The notes below the pieces were generated by a model, which was given only the letters and a program-made list of their open reading frames with translations, did no database searches and had not been told where the DNA came from. A program made the translations under genes and the position numbers. A DNA stretch of 64,000 nt, taken from the NCBI GenBank assembly GCA_048938105.1, contig JBHLMN010000021.1, forward strand, positions 41,699 to 105,698. Reading direction: 5' to 3'. Below are positions 50,401 through 59,325 of this stretch, one piece after another. Numbering within the stretch: position 1 is the first letter of the stretch; the number at the start of each line of letters is the position of its first letter. The DNA is from Promethearchaeota archaeon (GTDB lineage: Archaea > Asgardarchaeota > Heimdallarchaeia > Hodarchaeales > Hodarchaeaceae).

Positions 50401-50840
50401 TTATTATGAAGAAATGCCTTATAAAAATAAGGATTTTCTTCAGGATTTGTAAAATTTACTAAATTTGTAACTTGTGAATCCTCAGGCATTTCGAGGGATC
50501 CCAAGACACTTTCAACTTGAAAAATGATTTTTTTACCTTCATGATCTAATACGACGTAACTTCTATTTTCGTTTCGTATCTTTGAATTTATTACAAGTTG
50601 TCCGCCATAAAAAAATGATTGTAAGTCGATAACGGGGACAACTTCACCACGAAAAGTGGAGGAACCAACAAAATAGTGAACATTGTTGGCTACTGGCGTA
50701 ATTGTTAGTGTCTGGAAGATCTGGATGACGGAAACACTCATCAAAGCATAATTATTTCCGTATAAAGTAAAGAGGAGAAGGTTATCTTTGATCTGAGTTC
50801 TAATTTTTTCAATTATTTTAGATCGTGATATAACATTCAC
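47403..50840 (-). CDS. cheW: Polyprotein of six CheW-like domains
   Basis: FRGEVVPVIDL (x2), NFRGNVISAL, NFRGEVLCAL, AIHTDIVPLIN and NNVRLPIIDI; no other domain type seen. Confidence 0.85.
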   Translation of the reverse strand: MNVISRSKIIEKIRTQIKDNLLLFTLYGNNYALMSVSVIQIFQTLTITPVANNVHYFVGSSTFRGEVVPVIDLQSFFYGGQLVINSKIRNENRSYVVLDHEGKKIIFQVESVLGSLEMPEDSQVTNLVNFTNPEENPYFYKAFLHNNGEIIVVLDFNQILNRVIYELEESQNQFIEENQILFTPIEIPESLEEYNIGLGQKSSVPVPATVNLGIRKIVGSGRRGTKTATVISVRGLDILVPNDHIVEIFNIQSLTKVPNAAKAVVGAINFRGNVISALSLSEILIPNSTDNKKSEMYHNTDIEALILEIADEQVALLVDEIQEIVEIAEAELRPIFTSSTDITSDYYFKGVMLDHSGHMILVLNVDYLLQVAANPVVLKQDFNKIILFDTPIQGVTSKMRITNETTLGEKLVLITLLGDNYALMSTTVIQILQTLTITPLANTVRYFIGSTTFRGEVVPVIDLELFFYSENSKLVTSKSLEKRESYIALDHEGKKIIFKVESVLGSIEIPEGSQITDLVNLTSSRECLYFNKAFRYDNKIVVLIKHEKVFDQLIFDLEQSHNQFIEENKLLFAPMELSKSSEEYNIDLRQNLSTPAFNLGRSTEKPVIFPQKTKSKGTIVSVHNFNILVPNSYIVEIFNVTNITKVPNSPKAIVGTINFRGEVLCALDLAEILVPSSTDIHEDSALLNTDVLVLIIKAKGQQIALFVDEIQEIIEIDETNLHPILEQVNNGRDSIHYLKSILINQAEQIILVLNIEYLFQIADNPIILEQESTQVFHFKNPVYESLYQLETNEEGLLFEDEGLTFFIDSTYVVQVINQDDLLYKEFSHEAILGAAIHTDIVPLINFSYILRGKPTKYNKPKKAVGILISDVKKNIEVVFLVDNVIRKILVQNFESFQTELGISAKALSPIISGFFSYQSALGMIMSPTALIEETNILLRNVLLIKNIKKEFPSRLLPDEIEKLETIRERRKELELILFYRQKGIRLDFFAFRLQQNFLAFDIEFVRSVHSSLSIENIDLENHPILGITSVNNVRLPIIDIAALILGVEKRTELSKSKYFILLEHQSQAFLVPTINIIGVVTKFKEDLIPCESTNIFLEGKKVCKNMFTDESISLPVYIIENEFITKMLTEKNLNTLVKKVKERIE

Positions 50841-50903
50841 CTCTTTTTTTTTAAAACATAAATCTTTTTCGTGTCAAAATCCTCTAATATTATATCCTCA
50901 ATC

Positions 50904-51857
50904 TTATTTTACTTCTTTTTTTGTCTTCTTAATCTTGTTCTTCTTCTTAGATTTCTCTACTTCTCTTTTATCCGCTTCAACTACATTATTCTTATCAGCT
51001 TCATCAGTTTTCTTGGTTCGTTTTGTTTTTTCTCCTTTCCCCTTTTTTTTCAGGTCTGTTTTGGCATTGTCATCTTTTTCAGGTTTTTTGACTTCTTTAA
51101 CATCATTATTTTTATCAATTTTCTCTTCTACATCTTTTTCCTTTTTTTCTCTCCCTCTACTTTTTACTTCAGCTTTGTCAAGGACTGTCTGATCAAATTC
51201 ATCAATTAATTGATTTTCTGGCAAATTAAGTTGGTTCATTTCAAGATCAGAAGTAGATCCTGAAGAAAAATCTGACATTTCATCTGAATCTGGTAATGTG
51301 TATTGATCAAAATCAAAGTCCTCTTCTTCATCAGCTTTTTCATATTTCTTAGAAGACTTTTTAGGTGCAATAAAACCTCCTAGAAGACGTTTTAAATCCA
51401 AAATGTAGACTTTTTGTTCATTATTTAAAAAGCCAATTTGAGAAATCAATGATGGATTTAACAGCTCTCTTCCTTGGAAATACGACTCATTTACAGTTTC
51501 AAAGTCAGTAATTGTATCTAGCTGATGGATTTGATCCACTAAAATACCCACATCTTGTTCTTTAATTGTTAGCAGTAGTATAACTTTACGTTTGCTAACA
51601 TTTTTGGCTGAATTTTTGCTTTCTTTATGAGATTCTTTCCCCCAAAGTAGTACTGAAAGATTGAAAATACTTACAATATAACCACGAAGATTTACTATTC
51701 CTTCCAGAACGGCAGATGTCCTGGGAAGCTTCAAAATATTTTCTGATTGAAATACTTCTTTTAAATATTGGACTTCAAGACCGTAAAGGTCATTAGAAAT
51801 TCTAAAGATTAGATATCTGTCTCCTTTTGTCTTTTTATTCTCTATTGCAGTTGTCAT
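50904..51857 (-). CDS. cheW: CheW with long acidic then lysine-rich C-terminal tail
   Basis: YLIFRI...YGL, LEGIVNLRGYIVSIFNL, VGILVD; ATG 51857 follows AGGTGAT. Confidence 0.9.
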   Translation of the reverse strand: MTTAIENKKTKGDRYLIFRISNDLYGLEVQYLKEVFQSENILKLPRTSAVLEGIVNLRGYIVSIFNLSVLLWGKESHKESKNSAKNVSKRKVILLLTIKEQDVGILVDQIHQLDTITDFETVNESYFQGRELLNPSLISQIGFLNNEQKVYILDLKRLLGGFIAPKKSSKKYEKADEEEDFDFDQYTLPDSDEMSDFSSGSTSDLEMNQLNLPENQLIDEFDQTVLDKAEVKSRGREKKEKDVEEKIDKNNDVKEVKKPEKDDNAKTDLKKKGKGEKTKRTKKTDEADKNNVVEADKREVEKSKKKNKIKKTKKEVK

Positions 51858-52596
51858 CTGAAACATCACCTTTTACATCTTTAAAGCGTGAAAAAATTGA
51901 GAAAAAATTCTTCATTGTTGATGTTTTTTCTGTTATGATTTGTTGAGTGGTTCCTGAGTATTCGGATTTGAGATACGTAGAATCAGTTTCTTCCATTGTA
52001 AAGAGCTCTTTTTCTATTAAAGCATCTAAATCTAGATCTTCATCTTCTGAAAACATGGTTGTTGTTTCTAAGACAATATTATCAACGATCCTTCCTAAAT
52101 CTGGGAAGATAGACATGTTTGGACCGTCTAATGATTCATCAGAAACAACAATGCTTACTGCATCAATAGGAGCATTAGACTCATACAGTGGTAATGCTAT
52201 CATCATACGGATAGTTTCAAAAATCCGAGAAGAGAGTTCATTTATGATTTCTATAAAATTACGAGAGGTTATCATATTTACTGGAAAATTACCTATAGTA
52301 AGTAAACAAACTAAATCTTTATGGCTTCTAACAAATATACGAGATCCTTCCCGAATACCAATGTCATTAAGTTCCATATTATTCCCAATCATCTCTCCAA
52401 ATTGCACGATAGCTGCCATCAATCCAGCAATCAGAGTTGGATCTTTAGTAGAAGTTTGTTTATATACTCTCGAGAAAATTGGGAGACCACTACTCTTATT
52501 TAATAGAAGAATCTCATAGACGGAAAAGGGAGAGCTTATATCCTTCCGTTTCTTATTAATTCGATCAATTATTCGTCCAGCTTCTATTTCTAGCAC
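51835..52596 (-). CDS. Longin/roadblock-like domain protein at the head of the che operon
   Basis: ILLLNKSSGLPIFSRVY...DPTLIAGLMAAIVQFG matches the Asgard longin-like signature; 3' end overlaps the cheW start; acidic C-terminus. Confidence 0.65.
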   Translation of the reverse strand: MLEIEAGRIIDRINKKRKDISSPFSVYEILLLNKSSGLPIFSRVYKQTSTKDPTLIAGLMAAIVQFGEMIGNNMELNDIGIREGSRIFVRSHKDLVCLLTIGNFPVNMITSRNFIEIINELSSRIFETIRMMIALPLYESNAPIDAVSIVVSDESLDGPNMSIFPDLGRIVDNIVLETTTMFSEDEDLDLDALIEKELFTMEETDSTYLKSEYSGTTQQIITEKTSTMKNFFSIFSRFKDVKGDVSDDNCNRE

Positions 52597-52979
52597 CCCA
52601 ATGGCCTCAATACCTTTTAAACCTTGGATTGAGTTAAAATTTTGTCTCTTCTGCGATTTTAAATTGGGTACGTTATTATGACTGTTCTTCAGCTTATGTG
52701 GTGAGATTCAAAGCGGAGGTAGCTATTTTAATAGTTCTTACAAATACTTCTCTTAAACCTATAGATTTAATATATGTTATTTTTATATCTATAATAATAT
52801 GAATTATATTATAATATAAAAACATTCACTAATAAGTATCTCTCCCTCCCTAAATATCTTTAGTTTCTCATTTACAATCTAAAAGAAGGAATAAAGTTAG
52901 AGTCATTCAAAAATATCCATAAAATCTCTGAATTAATCTACTTATATAAAAATCCTAAACATTTGAAACATTTAAACGA

Positions 52980-54077
52980 TTAGATCCAGCCATGTTTTTT
53001 AATTGTCAATGGAATATTATGTAATGCCACAACTTCATCAGCTAACTCTCCTTCAACAATAGCTTTTGGCATAGCATAAATTACTGAAGTTGATTCGTGT
53101 TCAGCGAAAATCTTTCCTCCTACTGCTTTAATTTTCTTAGCTCCATTGAAACCATCCTTTCCCATACCAGTAAGGACGATTCCAAGTATATTTTCTTTGT
53201 AAACCTTTGCAGCTGTTGCAAATGTGATATCAACAGCAGGAATTAAGAAATTTACTCTCTTATCGACATATATTCGAAAACTTCTTCCCTTGTTGATAGC
53301 ACAATGTTTTCCTCCTGGGGCTATATATACTCGATTTGGTCTTATTTTTTCACTGTCTTTGGCAATTTCGATTTTTAAGTGAGGGTATAAACTTTGTAAC
53401 CTTTTTACCCATGGATCCACCATTGCTTCAGGCATATGTTGAACAATTATAATTGGAGGGAATTTTGAGGGAATTTTAGATAGAATAAGTGAGATTGCTC
53501 TTGGGCCTCCTGTTGAGGCTCCAATCACTATCAATAAGTCTTGAAACTCTTTGGGAACTATTTTAGGTCTCTTTTTTGGATAATATTCATCAATTTCTTC
53601 TTCTTGTAAAAAAGATTTGAAGTCAAAACCTGAATAAGCACGTGTTAAATTAATTTGAGATAGATTGAGAATCTTATAAATAAGATCCGATTTGAAGCGT
53701 TTTATATCCCCTTGAATTCTCGAATCAGGTTTTTTAACGAATTCTACAGCTCCAGATTCAAAAGCAGACATACCTAAATTTGTGAGTGAACGATTTACTT
53801 CTTTTTTAGTTAATCCAGAAACAATTATTACAGGAATTGGGAACCTATCCATTATATGACCAACAGTCTCGAAACCGTCCATTTCAGGCATTATGGCGTC
53901 TAAAAGAACTACATCAGGTTTATATTTTGGGAGAGCTATTTTCATTAAGGCGATTTTCCCATTAGGAGCTCCTCCAATGACTTTTATATTCTTATCGCTA
54001 TCTTTAATCAATTTAGAGACTTGATGCCGCACAAATGCAGAATCATCTACTAAAAAAACTCTTATTTCCCTTTTCAT
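52980..54077 (-). CDS. cheB: Second chemotaxis methylesterase
   Basis: VDDS, DAIMPEMDG, GASTGGP, QHMP, TGMGKDG; close paralog of 42013-43113. Confidence 0.95.
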   Translation of the reverse strand: MKREIRVFLVDDSAFVRHQVSKLIKDSDKNIKVIGGAPNGKIALMKIALPKYKPDVVLLDAIMPEMDGFETVGHIMDRFPIPVIIVSGLTKKEVNRSLTNLGMSAFESGAVEFVKKPDSRIQGDIKRFKSDLIYKILNLSQINLTRAYSGFDFKSFLQEEEIDEYYPKKRPKIVPKEFQDLLIVIGASTGGPRAISLILSKIPSKFPPIIIVQHMPEAMVDPWVKRLQSLYPHLKIEIAKDSEKIRPNRVYIAPGGKHCAINKGRSFRIYVDKRVNFLIPAVDITFATAAKVYKENILGIVLTGMGKDGFNGAKKIKAVGGKIFAEHESTSVIYAMPKAIVEGELADEVVALHNIPLTIKKHGWI

Positions 54078-54217
54078 GACAAAATGTCCCTATTCTAATA
54101 CCTTTTTTTGATGTAAAAAAGTTGTAACTTACTCTTCTGTATAACAATATGGATCATTGTTTATATTCACCTCCTAATAAAAATCAAAAAAATACGATAA
54201 AAAACACTAAAGACTAC

Positions 54218-54976
54218 CTAATAAAAACCTTCAATAAAAGAACGGACGTTTTTACCGAGAACATTATGATTATATCCCCCTTCTAAAACAGAAAACCTTT
54301 TACTATCACATCGTTCTTTTGAAAAGCTTTTGATGATTTTACCTATAGTATAATAATCTTCAGTCGTTAATAAACCTCCCCAGTCATCTTCATGCCTATC
54401 AAAACCTGCTGAAACGCCAATTAAATCCACTTTTGTAGTATTATTACAAAAATCTCTCACATTTTGGATAAATTGAGTTCTAGTCCCCCCTTTAACATGA
54501 TAATAGACAACTTCAGGTAAAGTAGAGAATGTATTACTGGTACCATCCCCAAAATGCATATCAAAATCGATGATTGCAGCTTTGCTTATTTTTTTGTCTT
54601 TTAAGAGCCTTTTAATTCCGATAGCAATATTATTGAAATAACAAAATCCCCAAAAACCTTCAGGGCTCGCATGATGCCCTGGTGGTCGGATAAGAGCAAA
54701 CATCGCTTCACGATACTTACATGTATATTCACCAGCAAGAATTGCTCCTCCTGCAGCAAGTAATGCCATAGGATAGACTTGTCTTGACCCCTTTACGCGT
54801 GAAAGGTGTTTTTCAGTATGAACTAGCAAAATATCTTTATCTTGCGATGGTTTGGGATTTATAAATTTATAATCGTACAATTCTTTAATAATAGCTTCCA
54901 TTCGACCTGCATCAGCCGCAGGATCGGACGTATAGACCTTATAAAAATCTTCATGAAATATAACTTGTTTTTTCAT
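54218..54976 (-). CDS. Histone deacetylase/AcuC family Zn-dependent deacetylase
   Basis: RPPGHHA, GFCYFNN, DFDMHFGDGT, SAGFD, LEGGY. Confidence 0.93.
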   Translation of the reverse strand: MKKQVIFHEDFYKVYTSDPAADAGRMEAIIKELYDYKFINPKPSQDKDILLVHTEKHLSRVKGSRQVYPMALLAAGGAILAGEYTCKYREAMFALIRPPGHHASPEGFWGFCYFNNIAIGIKRLLKDKKISKAAIIDFDMHFGDGTSNTFSTLPEVVYYHVKGGTRTQFIQNVRDFCNNTTKVDLIGVSAGFDRHEDDWGGLLTTEDYYTIGKIIKSFSKERCDSKRFSVLEGGYNHNVLGKNVRSFIEGFY

Positions 54977-55057
54977 TGAAAAAACCTTTTTATCTCATTT
55001 TAATCAGCGAATTCAAGATGATATTAATGAAATCTTCTTTTCGCTTAAATTCTGGTT

Positions 55058-57412
55058 TTATCTCTTTTCTTTTGCTAATCTCCAATTGATCTCAAATTTA
55101 AGTATTTCTCGGATTTTAATAATATCAGCTGGAGTCAACTGTAGACATTCTACAAGTATTAATTGATCAAGCTCCTCTTGAATTTTGGAATATTCGGAGT
55201 CTAAGTTATCAAGTTCATTGAGGGAATCTATTCTTAAGTTACCAAGCACCTTAACAGGAGATTGGAAGCGTTTAATAATTTCCTTTGACATTTTTCGTGG
55301 ATCAAGTACAAGTAAATTTTGACATTCTTGAAGAGAAAGTTTTAATGAGCCAAGTCCGAGAGTTCGTGTGCCCTGTATCTCCCGAAGTAATATCCCCAAA
55401 GTTGAATTGAAGAAACCAAGAAGAAAAAAAACCCACTCTCGATTATTTGCCCAAAAACCGATCCATTGCTTATCAATATGAAGTTTATCACGATTGTATG
55501 CTACAAAAGATCGTTTATAAGTCATATTTGGGAATAAAATATCTGGTACAATTAATGGTATCTGATACCAATTATCTATTGTTTTATTCTTAAAATAAGG
55601 GCGTTTTAATAGAATGTTTTGAATACTATTGATATAATGATGTAGATTGTCGGAACTGCTTTCTGATAATTTTTCAGAAATATAAAGCAAATATTTCATA
55701 TTCTCCTTAATAGGGGAGAAAATTGTTTGCCATTCTTTAGGAGATTTTGTCATTAGATACATATTTTCCTTAGGAATATTATAATCATTGATTGTTTCTT
55801 TATCGAGATAAAAAAAACGATTAGCTCCAGTCGTTGATCCCATCCCTAATTTCCCAATTTCTTTCAATAGACAAAAATAGCCTTTTTTTTCAATTAGTAA
55901 ATTTAGAAGAAATGGAGACATTAATAGATAATCTAACCTGAGGATAGGGAATAATTTTCTAGAATTAGTCAGGAATGGGATCAAATCTAATACCTGAGTA
56001 CACCTATATTGATCCTTTTCTACTGCTTTAATCTCTAAATTCTGGTCTTTATAGTCAAGTATTATGACCTCTAACTCATTAATGTCTAGAAGTGACCTTT
56101 CAGCCTCTAATAAAGATTTAACTGAAGAATTCCAAACAATAAATCTCATGGTTTTTGGTTTAGAAAGATTTTCAACTTTATGACCTAATATAATATGGGT
56201 TCGAATCTCTGCGCTCTCCCAAACTTCAAATGGTAACTCTATGATGAGATCTAGATTGAAATAAGAAGAAAAGAAATGTTTGAGAGGTGTTGCGTAACGG
56301 GAAGAAAACCATGCTCTTGATAATACAAACGAAATAACACCTCTATTGTTTAAATGCATTATCGCTTTTAACCAAAAATAAACATATAAATCTGCTTTTT
56401 TATCCCATTTGAATGATATTTTAGGAAAAAATGACCTGAGATCCTGAATGAATACCGATTTGCCTTCTAATCCCTTAAAAGATTTAGTATTGAGCCAATG
56501 GTGTCGGATATAAGGAGGATTTCCAACAATAATATCAAATTTTGGAAGAGATGATCTTTTCTCTGATATAAAATCTTTTTCGTATATTTGAAGCTTCTTA
56601 TCAACAAAAGTGGATATTTCTTTTTCTGAATATGCGGTAGATTGAAGATATTGTTGTGTAAGTATGATTTTTGCTAATTTAACATTATCTGAGTCAATAT
56701 CATAACCAAAAAGACGTGAAAAAATTCCCTGTGTTATTTTTAACTTTTCTACTGTTGATTTATTCTCGTATACTGGATTTGCTATTAGAATTGAGATTAT
56801 AAGTTGAATCATTTCTACAAGAAAAATCCCTGTACCACAGCTTGGATCTAATATCTTACTGGATGTTAAAATATGAGTTATTTGGTGACAATCTTCTATT
56901 CGAACATCCAATGGATATTTCTTTTTAAAAACAATCTTATGAAGTGTCTTATCATCTAAATCTGAGTTTATTTTATCACGGAGAAAGAAGAATAAAGTAT
57001 AATAGCATATTAGTTTAATTTGATTCTTAGGGGTGAAAAATAACCCAGAAGTTTTCCTTTTTTTCTGTGTACCCAATGATTCATGAAAAGCAGACAAAGT
57101 ATAAAGCTTAACAGGATCATCTTCAATTTGTTTAAGGAAGTCCCACCACCAATCTTCCTTCAATAAAAACTCACTCATCATTAAATTCGCTTCAAACTGA
57201 AAAAAGGTCTTCAGCCAGTTTATCTCCCAAAAATCAGCTTTATGACAAATTTGATTCACAAATTCGTTTCTATTTGACAATAATTCTGAATTCAAGTGTG
57301 GAAATAAAAAGAAAAGACTCATAACTAATCTGAAGAAACCTTTTATTTGTGGATAATCGTGAGAATATCTTTCTATTTGTTTACAATGATCTATCCACTC
57401 ATTTTGTTCCAT
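55058..57412 (-). CDS. Large N6-adenine methyltransferase (Eco57I-like)
   Basis: RKTSGLFFTP, LDPSCGTGIFL, FGYDID, FDIIVGNPPYIR, ADLYVYF. Confidence 0.9.
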   Translation of the reverse strand: MEQNEWIDHCKQIERYSHDYPQIKGFFRLVMSLFFLFPHLNSELLSNRNEFVNQICHKADFWEINWLKTFFQFEANLMMSEFLLKEDWWWDFLKQIEDDPVKLYTLSAFHESLGTQKKRKTSGLFFTPKNQIKLICYYTLFFFLRDKINSDLDDKTLHKIVFKKKYPLDVRIEDCHQITHILTSSKILDPSCGTGIFLVEMIQLIISILIANPVYENKSTVEKLKITQGIFSRLFGYDIDSDNVKLAKIILTQQYLQSTAYSEKEISTFVDKKLQIYEKDFISEKRSSLPKFDIIVGNPPYIRHHWLNTKSFKGLEGKSVFIQDLRSFFPKISFKWDKKADLYVYFWLKAIMHLNNRGVISFVLSRAWFSSRYATPLKHFFSSYFNLDLIIELPFEVWESAEIRTHIILGHKVENLSKPKTMRFIVWNSSVKSLLEAERSLLDINELEVIILDYKDQNLEIKAVEKDQYRCTQVLDLIPFLTNSRKLFPILRLDYLLMSPFLLNLLIEKKGYFCLLKEIGKLGMGSTTGANRFFYLDKETINDYNIPKENMYLMTKSPKEWQTIFSPIKENMKYLLYISEKLSESSSDNLHHYINSIQNILLKRPYFKNKTIDNWYQIPLIVPDILFPNMTYKRSFVAYNRDKLHIDKQWIGFWANNREWVFFLLGFFNSTLGILLREIQGTRTLGLGSLKLSLQECQNLLVLDPRKMSKEIIKRFQSPVKVLGNLRIDSLNELDNLDSEYSKIQEELDQLILVECLQLTPADIIKIREILKFEINWRLAKEKR

Positions 57413-57475
57413 TAGTATAAGTTCCCAAATCTAATTCTTATGAGCCAAATGCTTTCACTTTTTGTTTTTAATCGA

Positions 57476-57958
57476 TTAAGATTGAGTTATTGTATTGAGG
57501 TTGGGGGATCCGTCAGGTAAGAGGATATTTTTCTTCATTAATTGAATTAGAACACCATGAGAGGATTTTGGATGGAAAAATACCGATAAAACTTCTTCTG
57601 TCGGAGTTTTTCCTGCAAGCGGAAACCCTGCTTTTTCAAACGTATCTATTGAGCTTAATAAATCATCAGATTCGAAAGCAATGTGAAATAATCCTTCCCC
57701 CTTTTTCTCTAGATATCTCTTAGTTGGACCTTCTGTAAGGGGAGAAACAAGTTCTAAATAGCAATTATTTCCGAGAGGAATGAAAGCATAATCAAACTCC
57801 TCCTCCTCACCTTTTCCAGTGATATAATATTGCGTATGGATTCTGATATCATCGCTATCATGTCCAAATGCCTTACAATACTTTGAGATAGCAGATTTCA
57901 AATCATGAACCACTATTCCAACATGATGAAAGTTTGTGTCCAAGTTCAATAGCTCCAA
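57476..57958 (-). CDS. VOC family protein, methylmalonyl-CoA epimerase-like
   Basis: HHVGIVV, LELVSP, GEGLFHIAF, FFHPKSSHGVLIQL. Confidence 0.85.
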   Translation of the reverse strand: MELLNLDTNFHHVGIVVHDLKSAISKYCKAFGHDSDDIRIHTQYYITGKGEEEEFDYAFIPLGNNCYLELVSPLTEGPTKRYLEKKGEGLFHIAFESDDLLSSIDTFEKAGFPLAGKTPTEEVLSVFFHPKSSHGVLIQLMKKNILLPDGSPNLNTITQS

Positions 57959-58062
57959 TACATTATTTGAATTTATATAATTAATTTTTACAGATTGATC
58001 AAAAATGATCTTAATTGATAATTATTGCTGCAAATAATTTAATTATGTGTATTTTGGATTGA

Positions 58063-59304
58063 TTGGGTATGAAAGCACTCAGATTTCATGCAAATATTCC
58101 TAGATATATAACAACAAAATTACTTGGAAAAATAACTAAAGCCGCTTATTTGAGCTTTTTTCCTCCCACTAGATTAGATGATATTCCAGAACCAGAGGTT
58201 CGAGATGGATGGGTGAAGATAAGAACTAAATATGCAGGTATATGTGGTTCGGATGTAAATACCGTTCTATTACAAGAGAGTCCACTTTTAGAACCATTGT
58301 GTTCCTTTCCTGCAGTTTTGGGACACGAGAATGTCGGAATAGTTGCGGAAACTGGTTCAAATGTTACTGACATAAATATTGGAGATCGTGTTGTACTGGA
58401 TCCTATTCTGAGTTGTCAAACTCGAGGAATCACACCAGTTTGCCACAATTGTGATAATGGGGATACTATTCGTTGTGATAACTTTGATATAGGAGATTTA
58501 AGTCCTGCATTTGATACAGGGTGGTGCCATGATACAGGAGGAGCCTTTAGTCATTTCTACCTTGCCCATAAAACCCAAGCATACAAAGTTCCCGATATTG
58601 TTAGCAATGAAAATGCTGTCTTAGTTGAACCTTTCACTATTGGTCTCCATGCAGTTTTACGTCATTTCCCTAAAATTAATGATACTATAATTGTTATGGG
58701 TACAGGTGTTATTGGTTTAATGGTCATAACCGCCCTCAGAGCCTTAGGAAGTAAGGCTAAGATAATTGCGATTGATAAAAATGAATATCAAGGAAGATTA
58801 GCTATAGAGAAAGCGGGAGCAGATATATTTATCCAAGCTAAAAAGGGATATTATCAGAAAATTGCAGAAGAGTTCAATGCTCGGATATATAAACCTATTC
58901 TTGAGAAAAAAAAGTTAATTGTGGGAGGAGGAGCCGATATGGTCTTTGAATGTGTTGGTATACCAAGTACAATTGAAGATGCTTTACGATTTATCAGGAG
59001 TGGAGGGCAGATGATATTAATTGGAAACCCACATAAAATCAACATTGACTGGTCACTGATTTGGTCTAGGGAATTACAAGTTTTAGGTTCATTTGCTTCT
59101 TCAATAGAGAATGATACATCTGGTTCAATCAAACACGCCTTTGAGATCGCACTAGACTTACTGGCTTCAAGAAAAGTTGACCTATCATGGATGATTACTC
59201 ATAAATTCAGTTTTCCTAAGGATTATAAGAGAGCTTTCAAATACTCAATGAATAAAGAAAAATATAACGTAGTTAAAACAGTCTTTACATTTGAGAAAGA
59301 ATGA
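58063..59304 (+). CDS. Zinc-dependent medium-chain alcohol/threonine-type dehydrogenase
   Basis: GICGSD, LGHENVG, structural Zn cysteines, GTGVIG, FECVG. Confidence 0.92.
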   Translation: MGMKALRFHANIPRYITTKLLGKITKAAYLSFFPPTRLDDIPEPEVRDGWVKIRTKYAGICGSDVNTVLLQESPLLEPLCSFPAVLGHENVGIVAETGSNVTDINIGDRVVLDPILSCQTRGITPVCHNCDNGDTIRCDNFDIGDLSPAFDTGWCHDTGGAFSHFYLAHKTQAYKVPDIVSNENAVLVEPFTIGLHAVLRHFPKINDTIIVMGTGVIGLMVITALRALGSKAKIIAIDKNEYQGRLAIEKAGADIFIQAKKGYYQKIAEEFNARIYKPILEKKKLIVGGGADMVFECVGIPSTIEDALRFIRSGGQMILIGNPHKINIDWSLIWSRELQVLGSFASSIENDTSGSIKHAFEIALDLLASRKVDLSWMITHKFSFPKDYKRAFKYSMNKEKYNVVKTVFTFEKE

Positions 59305-59325
59305 AAGAATGTAGATAGAAGGACA

